Assembly: GCA_973895155.1 (NCBI GenBank)
Contig: OZ316899.1
Span: forward strand, 7,009,241-7,073,240
Direction of reading: 5' to 3'
DNA length: 64,000 bases
DNA from: Marsupella aquatica
Lineage: Eukaryota > Plantae > Marchantiophyta
The notes under the pieces were generated by a model. That model ran no database searches and had not been told where the DNA came from. It saw nothing but the letters and a program-made list of their open reading frames with translations. The position numbers and the translations under genes were made by a program. Numbering within the stretch: the stretch's first letter is position 1; every line of letters starts with the position of its first letter. Positions 50,036-63,100 of the stretch are shown piece after piece.

Positions 50036-52355
50036 AGTCGCAGAACTCGACTACCTGAACACTAAGCTCCGGCGTCACTGACTCCGATGCCAAGCTCCCT
50101 TATGGTCCAGGCCCGGATAGGCCAGCCGGGGAGGACTTAGCATGGGGAGACTTGTGGGCAACGAGACGTGGCGCTAGCGAAGGCAAGGAGCCAAGTTGGT
50201 GACACACACTAAGGACTTGGACTAGCTGAGAGCTGGTCGGGTCAAGGGGAAATGGGCCGGGCTCAAGGACGACCATCCAAATCTCCGGATGGACTTTGCG
50301 TTTTGAGGGCTTGAGTGTGAGCTCCTCTTGGGCCCAAGGCCAATGGAGTTGACGCCATGGGCAACAAACGTGTGGGGCGCAAGTTATGGCCCAATTCGGG
50401 TTGGGCCGATCGGGGGTCCCGAACGGCGATGAGACCTGAGGACCTAGGCATGAGCATTGGGTCGGTCCGATCACAGCGAGCTAAGGCACTCCGCTTGCGG
50501 TGGCCTAATGAGAAAGTTATGGGCTTGCCAGTTGGTGGCGCGCCCATTATGCGCAATAGGATTCGGGTTGGGGGGCAAAATGTTTAGGGACCAAAGCTGG
50601 TCCCGGGGGTGGGAGGTCTACAGAAGCATATATGAGGGGAGTGGTGTCTCCCTGGGGGCTAAGGGCGAGCCGAAGTCGTGAGCCGCGGTGATCGCGACAC
50701 TAAGGGAAACCGCCAAACGAAAATGGCGATATCTTCCTAACGGGAAGTCTGTTGGAGGACTTCTTGGATGCATTGGAAAGCTCTTGCCAAGGGCTACGCC
50801 CTCCTGAACTTACCATGGGTTCTTGGGGTTTTCGGGTGTTAACTCGCTCACTTGCCAAATCCTGCCGAACAACAGCCAAGCCGCGTTCAGTCTCCCAAGG
50901 GAGCTTGCATTGGGGAGGCAAGGCCAAGTAGGTGTGGAAGTTGAGTTCCAAGAGTGTCCAGCCCCTAGACCATCAATGAGGCAAATTGGGAGTTGGTTGC
51001 TAAAGTCAGGGCCATTCTGGTCCCGACGTGTTGGGACAAGCTTTAGGACAAGCTACGTTATTTGGGCCATGAGCATGTCCTGGGGTCAGGGCGGTCAGTT
51101 GGTGATGGATAGGTACGAGGGGGAACCTGGGCCACGCCCAAGGATGGAGTTGTTCTGGACAAACATTGGGCGTGGGTTCTGGTTCCGGCTTATGGCACCG
51201 GGAGGACCTATTGCCGACCTATTTACCAATGTCTGTTGAGCTTGAGTTAGGATGCTAGACTTGGCGAGTTCTAGATCCTGAAGGGTTACTTACCGAGGTG
51301 CTTGGTTGCTTGTGCAGACAATGAAGACCGTTGAGTAGCGGTCGTGTTGGAGAGCAAGTGCGGCTTCGTATGGGAGGGGCCGTTGGCGGTGCAAGGGGCA
51401 TTAGGGTGCTTGCTCAAGGTATTCCATGGAGGCATTTGGGCACTAGGGGCATTAGGCGTGAGTGCTAGGATTGGTGAGGGCGCTGGGTGGCTAGGTCCAC
51501 CACTTGTGGTATCAGAGCGATTATCGGCATAGACATCGGGCCGAGGTTGTGTTAGGTCGGAAGCCAAAAATCTTAACGGATTTTTGCAGGGACTTAGTGC
51601 TTCAACGTGCCCAGCGGGTTGACTACGGGCAGATTCGGTCACTCGGAGCATGGCTAAAGACACTCGATCAAAGAGTGGCAAATACGCTCCCCCTGCCAAG
51701 GGGAGAGCCCAAGTTCAAGATGAATAGAAGGAGGATGGGTTGACTTCCCTAGATGAACGTTACAAGCAGGCTGACAAAGACCGTCGACCGCCGCGGTGAA
51801 CACATCAAGTGCAGAGCGCCGTTGACTTAAAGGGAAGGAGGTGGCCAATCCTTCAGAGAATGGGTCGGACAATGACGGCTCCGACGCGGATGGAAGCGAC
51901 GACAATGCAAAAGTTGAATTGGAGGAAGAGGGTCAAGACCTAGAGGAGGAACTGATCCTAGCCTTGAGAGGGTTGGATGCAGAACCAGAGGATGATGTCA
52001 AGCCGGACGTCATTGTGGATAATTTGACCAAGCAAAGCCAGGGCGACACGGGTGATGCCTCAGTCCCGGGAGGTCATGGTGCCCGCAAGAGGTGGGGGGT
52101 GTCACCAAAATCCACAAGAGAAATTAAGGACACGCAGCCCGCAAAGGAAAGACGGTTGGAGGACCGTCCTCATACAACCCGCAAGGGCCTAGGCGCTGAT
52201 GACGGTTTGGGTCCATTGACTCAAGACCAATGACTCATTTATGAGCAGTTTGAACACAACAAGGGGGCCCAAATTAAGTACTTACTTAGTCTGGGTAGTC
52301 AAAGTGCGACGTGTCCCAAGGGGGGAATGGTAGTTGGACGGATAATGTTCCAAGT
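50036..52355 (+). mobile_element. Second chromovirus copy: 5' LTR 50036-51504, PBS, start of gag; interrupted at 52356
   Basis: AGTCGCAG...CCACCACT-TG-TGGTATCAGAGC. Gag is homologous to 21090-21806. Confidence 0.88.
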
Positions 52356-53812
52356 TGTCACGTCGTCGGCTTTGGCCTTAACTCGGGCTTCAGCTTAGAC
52401 GGGCACATCCTTTGTAAATATGAGGGTTCGGGCAGGGAGGGAAGCACGTAATGCACCTAATTCGTGTAAACTAGCGCTAAGTGCGCCTACTGTTAGATAC
52501 GGACACCTCCTAGGTATGGTTTGTGTTCCGCCGCCGGAACATACCTTAGTCGATAGCAGGATTGACCCCGGCTTAAGGGCTTCTAAGCCTTCGTGTTGTC
52601 CGCCTTTGATCCGGATTTTATGATACAGGTCCTCAACCCGTGCTCGCAACCACTTACCCGCAAGCTGCACCCCGTGCACGATTTGGGTAGTGCGTTCGGC
52701 CCGACATTGCCACCTATACACGAGATTCACCCATACATATACACGCACAAGCATACAATCTCGATTTACACGAAGGAAATGGTGGGAAAGGATTTTACTA
52801 CATAGGGGACATATGCGTACACTTGATTGACCCAACAGCTCTGGAGTGAACAGGTCCAAGACCGAGGGTGTACACTACAACGGAGCCTGGCTCCGCACTC
52901 GCCCAGCGAGCTTAGTCCTACCCCCCTCCCCTTGGTACTCTTCCACTCCCAGAGGTCGGGACTCCTCGCACATACCGCGGATGTCCAATTTGAGACTAAA
53001 AACCCCCCTGCCTCTACCGAGGGGTGCACTAAATACTAAGGGCCGAGGAACAGAGTGTCCTCCCGCCCGAAGATTCGCTGACTTAGGTCCTAACTAATCT
53101 GACTGTCAGGCCAAAAAACGGCTGTGTCTTATTAGAAGATCCTAAACTATGCAGGCTGGACAGCATGGCGGTGCTGTTTTAACTAGGGCAGGTTCCTGCC
53201 CCCATAGCCTGATTTAGCTATTCCTAACCCTATTCTATTCCTACTCCGCCGCTAATGCCTGGCATGCGTGCTAGAGCCGCTCGAGTGGGAGCGGCCATCC
53301 CGTTGCTTACGAAGTTTGTCGTTGTCCGCCTTGAGGAGCTGGACCTGGTCCAGTAGAGATTCGTTCTCTCGCTTCACCGCATCCGTCTCCTCCGCTGCCT
53401 CCTGGCATGCCTCCTCCAGTTGCTGGGCGTCGCTCGTCAGCTTGCCTGCCAGCTGGTCCTGCTTCTCGGCTTCGGTTTGGAGCCGTGCCACTTTGACCTG
53501 TAGCGTGGCTATCTTTGTAGTGTCCCGCTGGGCCCGTTCTTGGCCTCCTCCAGGTCTTTCTGCCAGATGACAATTTGATTATTCAAACTGTCAATCTGGT
53601 TCCGGAGTTGTGCAATCTCGGCCTCGTTCCCAGCTTTGGCCTGATCGGCTAGGGCGGTAAGGGCCTGCGCCTTTGCTAACAACTCATCGGCGGCTGCAAC
53701 TTTGGGTCGTAGTTGCAGAAGCTCAGCCTCTTGAGCCGCAACTTTGTTCTTTAAGTATACGGACTCCACTCGGTACCGCTCTATCCTCTGAAGGGCCTCT
53801 GACTGGGCCCTA

Positions 53813-56252
53813 TGTGACGCCAATGACGTGGTCCTTATTTTGTAATCTGATTAAGTAGGTTGCTGTATGCAAGGAGTAGCTATTGATATTGCATAACAAT
53901 TAGCAAGATGGCAAGAATAAGGGCAATCATGGCGTTAAGAGTAGGGAAATAAAAGCTATGTCGCGGGTGGTCGACGACCATATCTCTTTCAATATGTCAC
54001 CAAATCCGGATCTGTAAAGAGCATTGGAAAGATCTGGTCAAGGCGAGTAAAATCGATATAAAACACTCGAGAAACGGAGGTGTATTAAGAAAGATACGGC
54101 CTGATTAGTGTGACGGGTTAACTTGTGGCCGGAATTAACGGATTCGGCTTCAGTTTCGGGTTAACCACGGCTTAGCTTATGTGAGCACGGCTTCAGCTTA
54201 GCTCAGGTCAGCACGGCTTCAGCTTAGCTTAGGTAAGCACGGCTTCAGCTTAGCTCAGGTAAGAACGGCTTCAGCTTAGCTCAGGTCAGCACGGCTTCAG
54301 CTTAGCTCAGGTCAACACGGCTTCAGCTTAGCTCAGGTCAGCGCGGCCTCAGGTTAGCATAGGTAAGCTCGGATTCGGGCTCAGCTTAGGCTAGGTTAGC
54401 GGATAGCGGGTAGCGGCCTAACCCGAGACCACGGGTTAGCTCTACTCGGGTTAGATAGGATAGCTAGGTTAGCCAAATTCGGGTTAGCTATGTAACTCGG
54501 GTTAGCGCAGCAATGAGTACCCCCTCTCGATTGCGGGGGCATAACTCTCTGTGTATTTGACCAAATCGGCTATAATTGACCTCGTTGGAAAGAGGAGCTC
54601 AAGCCGCTTCCAACGCTGCTATCCACGCAGAAAATGGTTAAATAGAGAAATCGGGAGAGGAGGCGCAAGCTCGCAAAAACTATGGAGGAGGGCCGAATCC
54701 GAAGTACATAGCCAATTCGAGATAGAAATAAAGTTGCGAGTTAGGGTTCAGTAGTTAGAGATAGTGGCGGCTCTGTTAGGGCTGGGATGGGGCTCCAGCA
54801 GCGTAGTATCCACCCATTTGGGCTCAGTATGAGAGTATATAGGGCAGCCCCCGGTAGAGGCAAGGGGGGGGGGACTTCAGTTGTGTGATCTCACTTAGAC
54901 TGAGCAGCGGGGAGGAGCTCTGTGCAAGCAAGGCTAGACTTGGACGCTGCGTGTTGGGGAGAGCTTGGTTGTGCTATTACTCAGGGAGTAATCAGCCAAG
55001 CTTCACAGCAACGGGTTGCTAGGTTTGCGAGCTAGATTGTGGCTCTTTCTAGTGGGCAGCACAACTGGGTTCTTTTCCCCCGATACAGAGCCTTGGTGAT
55101 AGGTGATGTATTGGTGATTGTAAACTGTGGGGAGGATTTCAATTCGATTTGCGGTGGGCACATTAGGGAGGCTGAGGTCCTGATTAAGGGGCAGCAGGAG
55201 GAGCATTTACAGTTCAGTCTGGCAAGGCTACGTGATCCATGGGGAGTCCCTGCCTTTGTCTGGTGGAGAGCACTAAGGGATCTATGGCCAGAGCTGAGCT
55301 TGCAGGGCAAGCATGAGGCCGGGCCTCATTGCAGTCTGGGGTAGATCGCCGTTAGGCCTGGTACCAGCCTTGAAGTCGAGTCAACTATGCATGCGTAACT
55401 TGACGTTCTGAATTGGAGGTGTGAGATCTGTATGTGCCCCCAAGAATGAAGTGCAGTGAAGGAGGTTGAGTTCAGGATTGAGTTTGCAAGGCAAGTACGG
55501 GATTGGTTCGAGTCCAATCTGCCGTCGCAATCTGGAGTGAGCCGGGCTCAGGTTCAGGATTGAGCTTGCATGGCAAGCACGGGGCTTGCAGGGCAAGCAC
55601 GTCACAATCTGGAGGAGACAGCCTTCGGCCCTAGTATTCGGATCAAGTGTTCTCAGTGAACTATTGTGCACATCTTTGAATCTAATTGAGTTTTCCTCTC
55701 AGGCCTCATTTCTCTCATGGATGTGTGTGTGTGTGAGGAAATATGAGTGTATGATGGAACTAGCAGCGCCACTGAGAGGTGTACCGGGTGCATTGAAGCG
55801 GGCTGGGTGAGGACTGTCATAGCTCTGATTGTTGAGAGTGGAATGGCAGAGTGGTGGGGCAATGGCTTAGAAGTCCCTAAGCCGGGAATCAGTCAGGAGT
55901 CACTGGTTTATGGGTACATTCCGGCGGCGGAATAGAAACATACCTATGATAGTAAGCATATGTATAGACCTATTGCGCACCGTAGTGCTAGGCCCTGTGT
56001 GTACGGGCCCGATATGAAGACCCCTTCTCACCAGAACTATCATGAGCGCAGATCTGATCCCCAACCTTGGTTCCTTGGGATTGAGCTTGGGTGATGTGTG
56101 ATAGAGTCTTGCTATGATAGTCTGGTGTTAAGGGCATAAACTGGTGTTTATCGGCATTCACAACATCCCTTCGTGATCCTCAGGTACAAGGAGATGGTTT
56201 TGGCACCCATAGTGACATTTTTGGTGTTAAGACCCATGTCAATCGCGTGACA
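53813..56252. mobile_element. Solo LTR, 2.44 kb
   Basis: TGTGAC...GTGACA termini. TSD CCCTA (53808-53812) / CCCGA (56253-56257), 4 of 5 matching. Removal restores the host frame. Confidence 0.78.
54166..54370 (+). repeat. 26-bp tandem repeat CACGGCTTCAGCTTAGCTCAGGTCAG, ~7 copies
   Basis: Head-to-tail units without spacers, degenerating at both edges, inside the solo LTR. Confidence 0.88.
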
Positions 56253-57105
56253 CCCGACGTGCTTTTACTGCGGCAACCAACTCCTGATTGAAGAAACAGG
56301 CTACCTTCCGGGCCATGAACTCCCCGGTATCCCGGGAAATTTGATGAGAGAAATCTCCCAGAAGCCCGTTCAGAAATGTACCCGGTACGAAGAGTTCCGG
56401 GTGGTCCAGGTTGTGCCTGTCCGGAGTTGGGCACGGGAAGACGTCAACACGCGCGGGGGCCGGGGCAGTGACATCCAGCCCTGGGGACGTAGTGTTGGAA
56501 GGGGTTGGAGTGTCCTCCTGCAGCAATGTCCGGTTCTCCGGAATAGCCACCGGTGGGTCTTTGGGAGACCCGGGCTCGAGTAAGGCCTCCGCTGTACCGA
56601 CTTTTGTACTTGGCCCGGCCTGTTGGATCGCATCTACGGTTGCAATAACCGACCCATCCGGTACCTCCTCGGTTACAACTACAGCTACTTGTGGAGGTGG
56701 GGTGGGTGAAGCCTGCGTGTCCGCTGGACTTCGGGTCTCGGGTTGGGGCCGTCTCTCTAAGGCCGGGAAAACCCACCTAGCTGGGACCAGCTTTGTAATG
56801 TTGACACGGGGAAGGGTTCGTCGATCGAACCGAGTGTACCACTCAAGAATGATCTCAATGTGGCTAGCAAAATACGCCTTCCCGCCAATGTATAGCGTCT
56901 TTCTTTGCCGCTCCATCTCTTCATGGAATTTCTTAGCGAAGTACGACGCCCACTTCCTAGGTCGATAGTTCTCGACCTGGATAACCTGGGCAGCGGAGAT
57001 CTCCCCCCGGGATTTCATCATGTGGAGGGCGTACCTTTGGAACTCCAGTCGCTCAGCTATCTCGGGGATGAGGCAGGTCCTCATCACGAACCCGTTGTCC
57101 ACTGC

Positions 57106-60100
57106 CCCCGAGCGGCGATCAGACCTGATGGCCTGGGCATGAGTACTGGCTTGGCCCGGTCACACGGGCTAAGGCACTCCGCTTGCGAATGCCTAACGAG
57201 AAAGTTATGGGCGTTGCCAGTTGGTGGCGCGCCCATTATGCGCGATAGGATCCGGGTTGGGTGCCAAATGTTTAGGGACCAAAGCTGGTCTGGGGGTGGC
57301 AGGTCTCCATAAGCATATATGAGGGGAGTGGTGTCTCCCTAGGGGCTAAGGGCGAGCCGAAGTCGTGAGCCGCGGAGGTCGCGATACTAAGAGAAACCAC
57401 CAAACAAAAATGGCAATATCTTCCCAACGGGAAGTCCGTTGGAGGACTTCTTGGGTGCGTTGGAAAGCTCTTGAGGAAGGCTACGCCCTCCTGAGCTCAG
57501 CTGGGTCTGGGATACCTTGGGGTCTTGGGGTTTGCGGGTGTTAACTCGCCCACTTGCCAAATCCTGTCAAACAGCAGCCAAACTGTGTTCAGTCTCCCAA
57601 GGGAGCTTTCGTTGGGGAGGCAAGGTCAAGTAGGTGTGGAGGTTGAGGCCCAAGAGCATTTGGCCCCTAGATCATCAGTGAGGACAACCGAGAGTGGATT
57701 CTAGCGTCGGGGCCATTATGGTCCCGGCGTGTTGGGACAAGCTTGGGACAAGCTTTAGAACAAGCTACGCTATTTGGGCCATGAGCATGTCCTGAGGTCA
57801 GGGCGGTCAGTTGGTGATAAATAGGTACAAGGGAGAACTCGGGCCGCGCCCAAGGAAGGAGCTGTTCTGGACGAACAGTGGGCATGGGTTTTGGTTCCGG
57901 CTTATGGCATTGGGAGGACCTATCGCTGACCTATTTACCAACGTCTGTTGAGCTTGAGTTAGGATGCTAGACTTGGCGAGTTCTAGATCCAGAAGGGTTA
58001 CTTACCGAGATGCTTGGTTGCTTGTGTAGATAGTGAGGACCGTTGAGTAGCGATCGTGTAGGTGAGCAAGTGCGGCTTCGTATGGGAGGGGCCGCTGGTG
58101 GTGCAAGGGGCACTAGGGTGCTTGTTCGAGGTATTCTGTGGAGGCATTCGAGGAAAGGGCACTTAGGCATGAGTGCTAGGATTGGTGAGGGCGTTGGGTG
58201 GCAAGGTCCACCACTTGTGGTATCAGAGCAATTGCTGGCATAGACACCGGGTCGGGGTTGCGCTAAGTCAGAATCCAAAAATCTTAACGGATTTTTGCGG
58301 GGACTTAGTGCTTCAACGTGCCCGACCGGTCAACTGTAGGCAGATTCGGTCATTGGGAACATGGCTAAAAACACTCAATTAAAGAGTAGCAAACAGGCTC
58401 CCCCCACCAAGGGGAGAGCCCAGGTTCAAGATGAACAGAAGGATGACGGGTTGACTTCCCTAGATGAACGTTACGAGCAGGATGCAGAAGACGCAACGGC
58501 CGAACCGTCGACCTCTGCGGCGAACACGTCGAGTGCAGAGCGCCGTGGACTTAAAGGGAAGGAGGTAGCTGATCCTTCAGAGGACGGGTTGGATGACGAT
58601 GACTCCGATGCGGAAGGAAGCGACAACGAGGCTGAAGCCAAATCAGAGGAAGAGGGTCAGGACCTGGAAGAGGAACTGATCCCAGCCTTGAGAGGATTGA
58701 ACGCGGAACCAGAGGATGATGTCCAGCCGGATGTCATCATGGATAATTTGACCAAGGAAACCCAGGGCAATGCGGGTGATGCCTCAGCCCCAAGAGGTCA
58801 TGGTGCTCGCAAGACGCGGGGGGTATTACCAAAATCCACAAGAGAACCTAAGGACAGACGGCCCGCAAAGGAAAGACAATTGGAGGACCGTCCTCATACA
58901 ACTCGCAAGGGCCCAGCCGCTGACGACGGTCAGGGTCCGTTGACTCAAGACCAACAACTCATTTATGACCAGTTGGAACACAACAAGGGGGCCTATGAAG
59001 TACTTACTTAGTCTAGGTAGCCAGAGTGCGACGAGTCCCGAGGGGGGAATGGTAGTTGGACAAAGTATGTTCCAAGTGAACCAGCTACCAACTCCTCCAA
59101 CTTACAATGGGGCCTATGAACAAAGTGGACAAAAATTCCTGAGTTGGCTCTCCACGATGGAGATTCATCTCCAGGTGTGCGTTGAGCGATCCACTTGGGC
59201 TATCGCAGCCGCTCCTTACCTGAAGGACTATGCCTTGACTTGGTACAAGTCATGGAAGAAGTCGCAAGATGACTCCTCCTTGCCGTTAACTTGGGAAAAC
59301 CTGGTTGAGGGACTCCGTGCTCATGTCACCACTAAGTACCCGGAGCAGCACGCTCAAAAATGTGTAACGGAGATGAGCTTCAGGGTGATATCAAAATGTT
59401 CATTACTTATTACCAGAATCAGTTGGCGTGTATCCCGGCGGGACAAGAGACCTACATACACAACTTCACAACTTTATAGTGAAGCTCCCGCCGTTGCTCA
59501 GGGAAAAGTTACAGGAAAAGCGTCATGAGTCCAAAACGCTTTCTGACGCCTTCGACAAGGCAACTACATTGGTGAATAACCGACCTGACTTGGCGAAGGT
59601 GGGTGGCAAGGGATCCGAGGGGGAAGCTGGGAAAGCAAAAGGTCCCGAAAATAAGCGTAAGCAGTCTGAGGGGGCGGGGGCCGGTGGTTTGGACCCCTAG
59701 CCCCAGAATGGAGAAGCTAAGCGAAACCGAAAGGCTGGCAACTTCAAGAAAGGAACCTCATCGGCACAGAAAGCAAAGAAGCAGGCAACCATGGAACAGA
59801 GGCGGGCTGAAGGTTTGTGCTTCACATGTGGTGCCATGGGCCATCAAAGTAAGGATTGTTCCACGAAAGGTGGCAAGCCAAGCGGAGAGGGAGGGCAGAA
59901 GAGCATTAAGGTAAGTATCGCTCTAACCGAACCCTTAGTAGCTGACAAGGTCCCTGTAGGGGATGTTCCTGCAGGAGAGAGGGTGTTGTTGCAAGAGAAG
60001 ATACCTCAAGTTAAGACAATGGATCCTGAAAAACTGATTTTTGTGAATGTCACTTCTAATGGTAATCTGGGGGTTGCTTTGGTGGATACAGGCGCGACCG

Positions 60101-63100
60101 CCTGCTTCATAAGTGGGCAGGCGGCAGCACGTCTTGGGGTGGACGTGCAAGAGTTGCTACAACCGTTAGTGTGCAAGTTTGCCAACGACACAAAAGATAG
60201 TGTCGAGAGTAGTACATAGACTTTGGGTAGAGGTCATAGGCAAACAACAAAATTTTGTTAGTTAGGAGATGTTCTACATTCTAGACGGTCTAGCCGTAGA
60301 CTTCATTTTGTCAATAGGTTATCTCAGAAAGCACAATGTTACCTTGAAACCGGGGGTTGAGTGCTCCATTTTCCCAATAAGGGCAGTGAGCCCACATTGT
60401 ACACAAAGTTACCAAAAATAAATAAAGATTTCTCAAATTAAGTAAAGTGTCGTGGTTGTCTCCATGTGTATCGGCGAAGCAATGGTGGAAAGACTTCAAG
60501 GGTGGACATGAATGTTTCTTCTTTCATCTCCACCCAACTAAGGAGGCTGCGCCGCAGCCAAAAGGCAAGTCAGCTAAGGTTGGGCCCGACTGCGGTTGAA
60601 TTCCAGAAATTTTAGAGGAATTCAACAACGTGCTCTCGCAGAAGCTACCTAAAGGTTTACCCCCGCGGAGAGAAGTGGATCACCAAGTTGAGTTGGAGCC
60701 AGGTTTGGCTCCTCAGGCTAAAGCTCCTTATCGTTTGAACTTGAACAAACGAATGATGTTGAAGAACGCCTTGGAAGAGTTGATCGACCAAGGGTTCATT
60801 CGCCCTAGTAAAAGTCCTTACGGGGTGCCCGTGCTATTTGTGTCCAAAAAGGATGGTACTTTGAGATTGTGTGCAGATTACCGGGCCCTCAATAAGCAGA
60901 CAGTAAAGACCAAGTACTCATTACCTCATATGGATGACCTCTTTGATTGCCTCTCCGGGGCTAAGAAGTTTTCAAGGTGGACTTGCGGTCTGGGTATTAC
61001 CAGATCCGCATGGCTAAAGGAGACAAGTATAAGACCGCGATGCGCACAAGGTTTGGATCCTATGAGTTTTTGGTTATGCCGCTCGGGTTGTGTAACGCAA
61101 CCGCAACATTCATGAAGATGATGAATACCATCTTCCATGACTTGTTGGACCAAGGAGTGGTCATCTTTAGTGACAACATCCTGATCTACTCAAAAACATT
61201 GGAGGAACATGAGCAGTTGCTCAGAGAAGTGTTCTCTCGCCTTGGTAAGGCTCGTCTCTTTGCTAAACCTAGCAAGTGCAAGTTTTTTTTTTTTTTTTGG
61301 TTTTGGAAATAAAAATGAAACCCGCGAAAACCCACGGGAAGGGGGGCCCAACAGGGCAACATAAGCGTGGGCAGCATAGTGTGACCCAGGTGAGGCCATA
61401 ATGAGCACCTATGTGCAAAGGCACAAAGAAGTGTTCCTAGCCAACTAAAGTAGAATGCATAAACAAGTATTGCTTCAACTAAAAAGCCATGCGTCTGGAT
61501 GAGTAACCCACCTAAGACGTTCCTGACGGACTAATTCTTTGACTCGCAGTAATCTAGTATGTTTTCTACTGGGACCCGAGGCTTCACAGAGGCCATGCAA
61601 GGAGTCTAACATATCTGAAAGGAGTAGATTCAGATTAAACCTTCTACTGTTGACACGATTAAAAAGCTGCTCATTCCGTGCCAGCCAGAGAGTCCACAGC
61701 ACGTGGTAAACCACAAAGACCCGAATGGTTCTCTCAATTTTGGTGCATCCAGTGACTTCCAAGACAGAGAATAAATTCAAATGTCTCCAAGAAGTGGCTC
61801 CCGGAAAAATCCACCCAGCTAGCTGCCAGCACCTCTTAGCGAAGGGACATGTGAAGAAAAGATGAGGAATTGTTTCAAGAACATTGGTGCACAGTAGGCA
61901 GCTTCCATCTCCTTTACCAATCTTTCTAGCTCGTGTTCCAGTGAATAACCCTTGAGCAGCTAATCTCCAAAGGAATAAGCGGCCTTTTAACGGTAAATCA
62001 GATGACCATAGAGCATTCCAGAAATTGTTCCATTCGAGGTCAGAAAAAGAAATGCTCCAAATCCCGTTGAGCCTGAGAGAATTAGAGCCTTTGGGTCGAA
62101 TCAGCTGATACATACGTGCATTGGACAGGGTGAAGCTCTTCAGCCATTCATGTTTGTCAGACCAACACCATTGGGCGGCACGAGCTTGGAGATCTCCAAA
62201 GCAATCCACAGTACCTTTGATTTTGTCCACGAATGCTAAACAAAGCTCTCTTGTTGCAGCGTCAGCACCACGTATTCTTGCAATTTTAGTAGAAAAGGTT
62301 CGAACAACTGAGTCATGAGAACCATTTAAATCCGACATCGTCCTTACTCCAATCCTCCCGCACATCTTGATAATGGAGAAAATCATGTCATCCTGTAGGT
62401 GCTGAAAACCTTCTAGGCATCTCACAACATCCTCCACGCTCCACCAGCATGCCATGCCAGAAACGCCCGGTGAGAGTATACGGTGCAGCCGAAGAGACTC
62501 CCAAGCCTTCCACAAACTACCCGTGTAAAAGAGACAGCCAAAAGAACGAGGGTAATAGAGCAATAGTCAATCAGAGAGAGAGTATCTATTTCTCCTGATG
62601 CGCTTAGCATTCCTCCATTTTGCCAATCTCAAATTTTCCCCAAAAAGCCTAGCCCATTCAAAGACTTGCGAATCCAGAGCACGGGTGAACCATTGATAGA
62701 GTAAAGCATGAGAGTGACTACGAAAGTCCTTAAACCCAAGGCCACCGTCCACCATAGGCCGTGCCATCGTCTTCCACGCTACCAGGGGAATTTTCCGTCC
62801 ACCATTCTCATTATATCCCCAAAGGAAGTTACGGCAGAGAGTCACCAAAGTCTTAGCCAAAGAGTTGGAGCTTCTGAGGAACATCATATGATAGATAGGA
62901 ATAGCTTGCAATACATGCTTAACAAGAATAGTGCGTCCTGTGAAAGAAAGAAAACGGGTGGCCCAAGCAGAAAGTCGAGAACTAATCTTGTCAAGACAGA
63001 AGGTGTGGAGTTGCAAGGAAGAAAGGTCCCATCCCATAGGCGCACCAAGGTATCTTTGAATTTCCCCTTTCCCGCTGATCTTGCAACCAGTGTTAACCAG

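Larger units (their letters stand above)
53252..57102 (-). pseudogene. Family-B homologue of the LTR-embedded gene, split by a solo LTR
   Basis: NGFVMRTCLIPEIAERLEFQRYALHMMKSRGEISAAQV aligns with family-A NGFFQNTYTNPHIGEMIDFLRVTMHCNLPRAEIGKAQV. Rejoins as AVKARR|AQSEALQRIERY and continues into a coiled coil. Confidence 0.72.
52356..57104 (-). mobile_element. Family-B LTR-like unit with a homologous PMD-like/coiled-coil gene; far end lost at the duplication breakpoint
   Basis: TGTCA terminus at 52356, exactly where the gag homology stops. Gene at 57102-56253 plus 53812-53252. Confidence 0.65.

Noticed and set aside
54166-54370. Possible CRISPR-like array
   Set aside because: Units are head-to-tail without unique spacers, there are no cas genes, and the context is a eukaryotic LTR.
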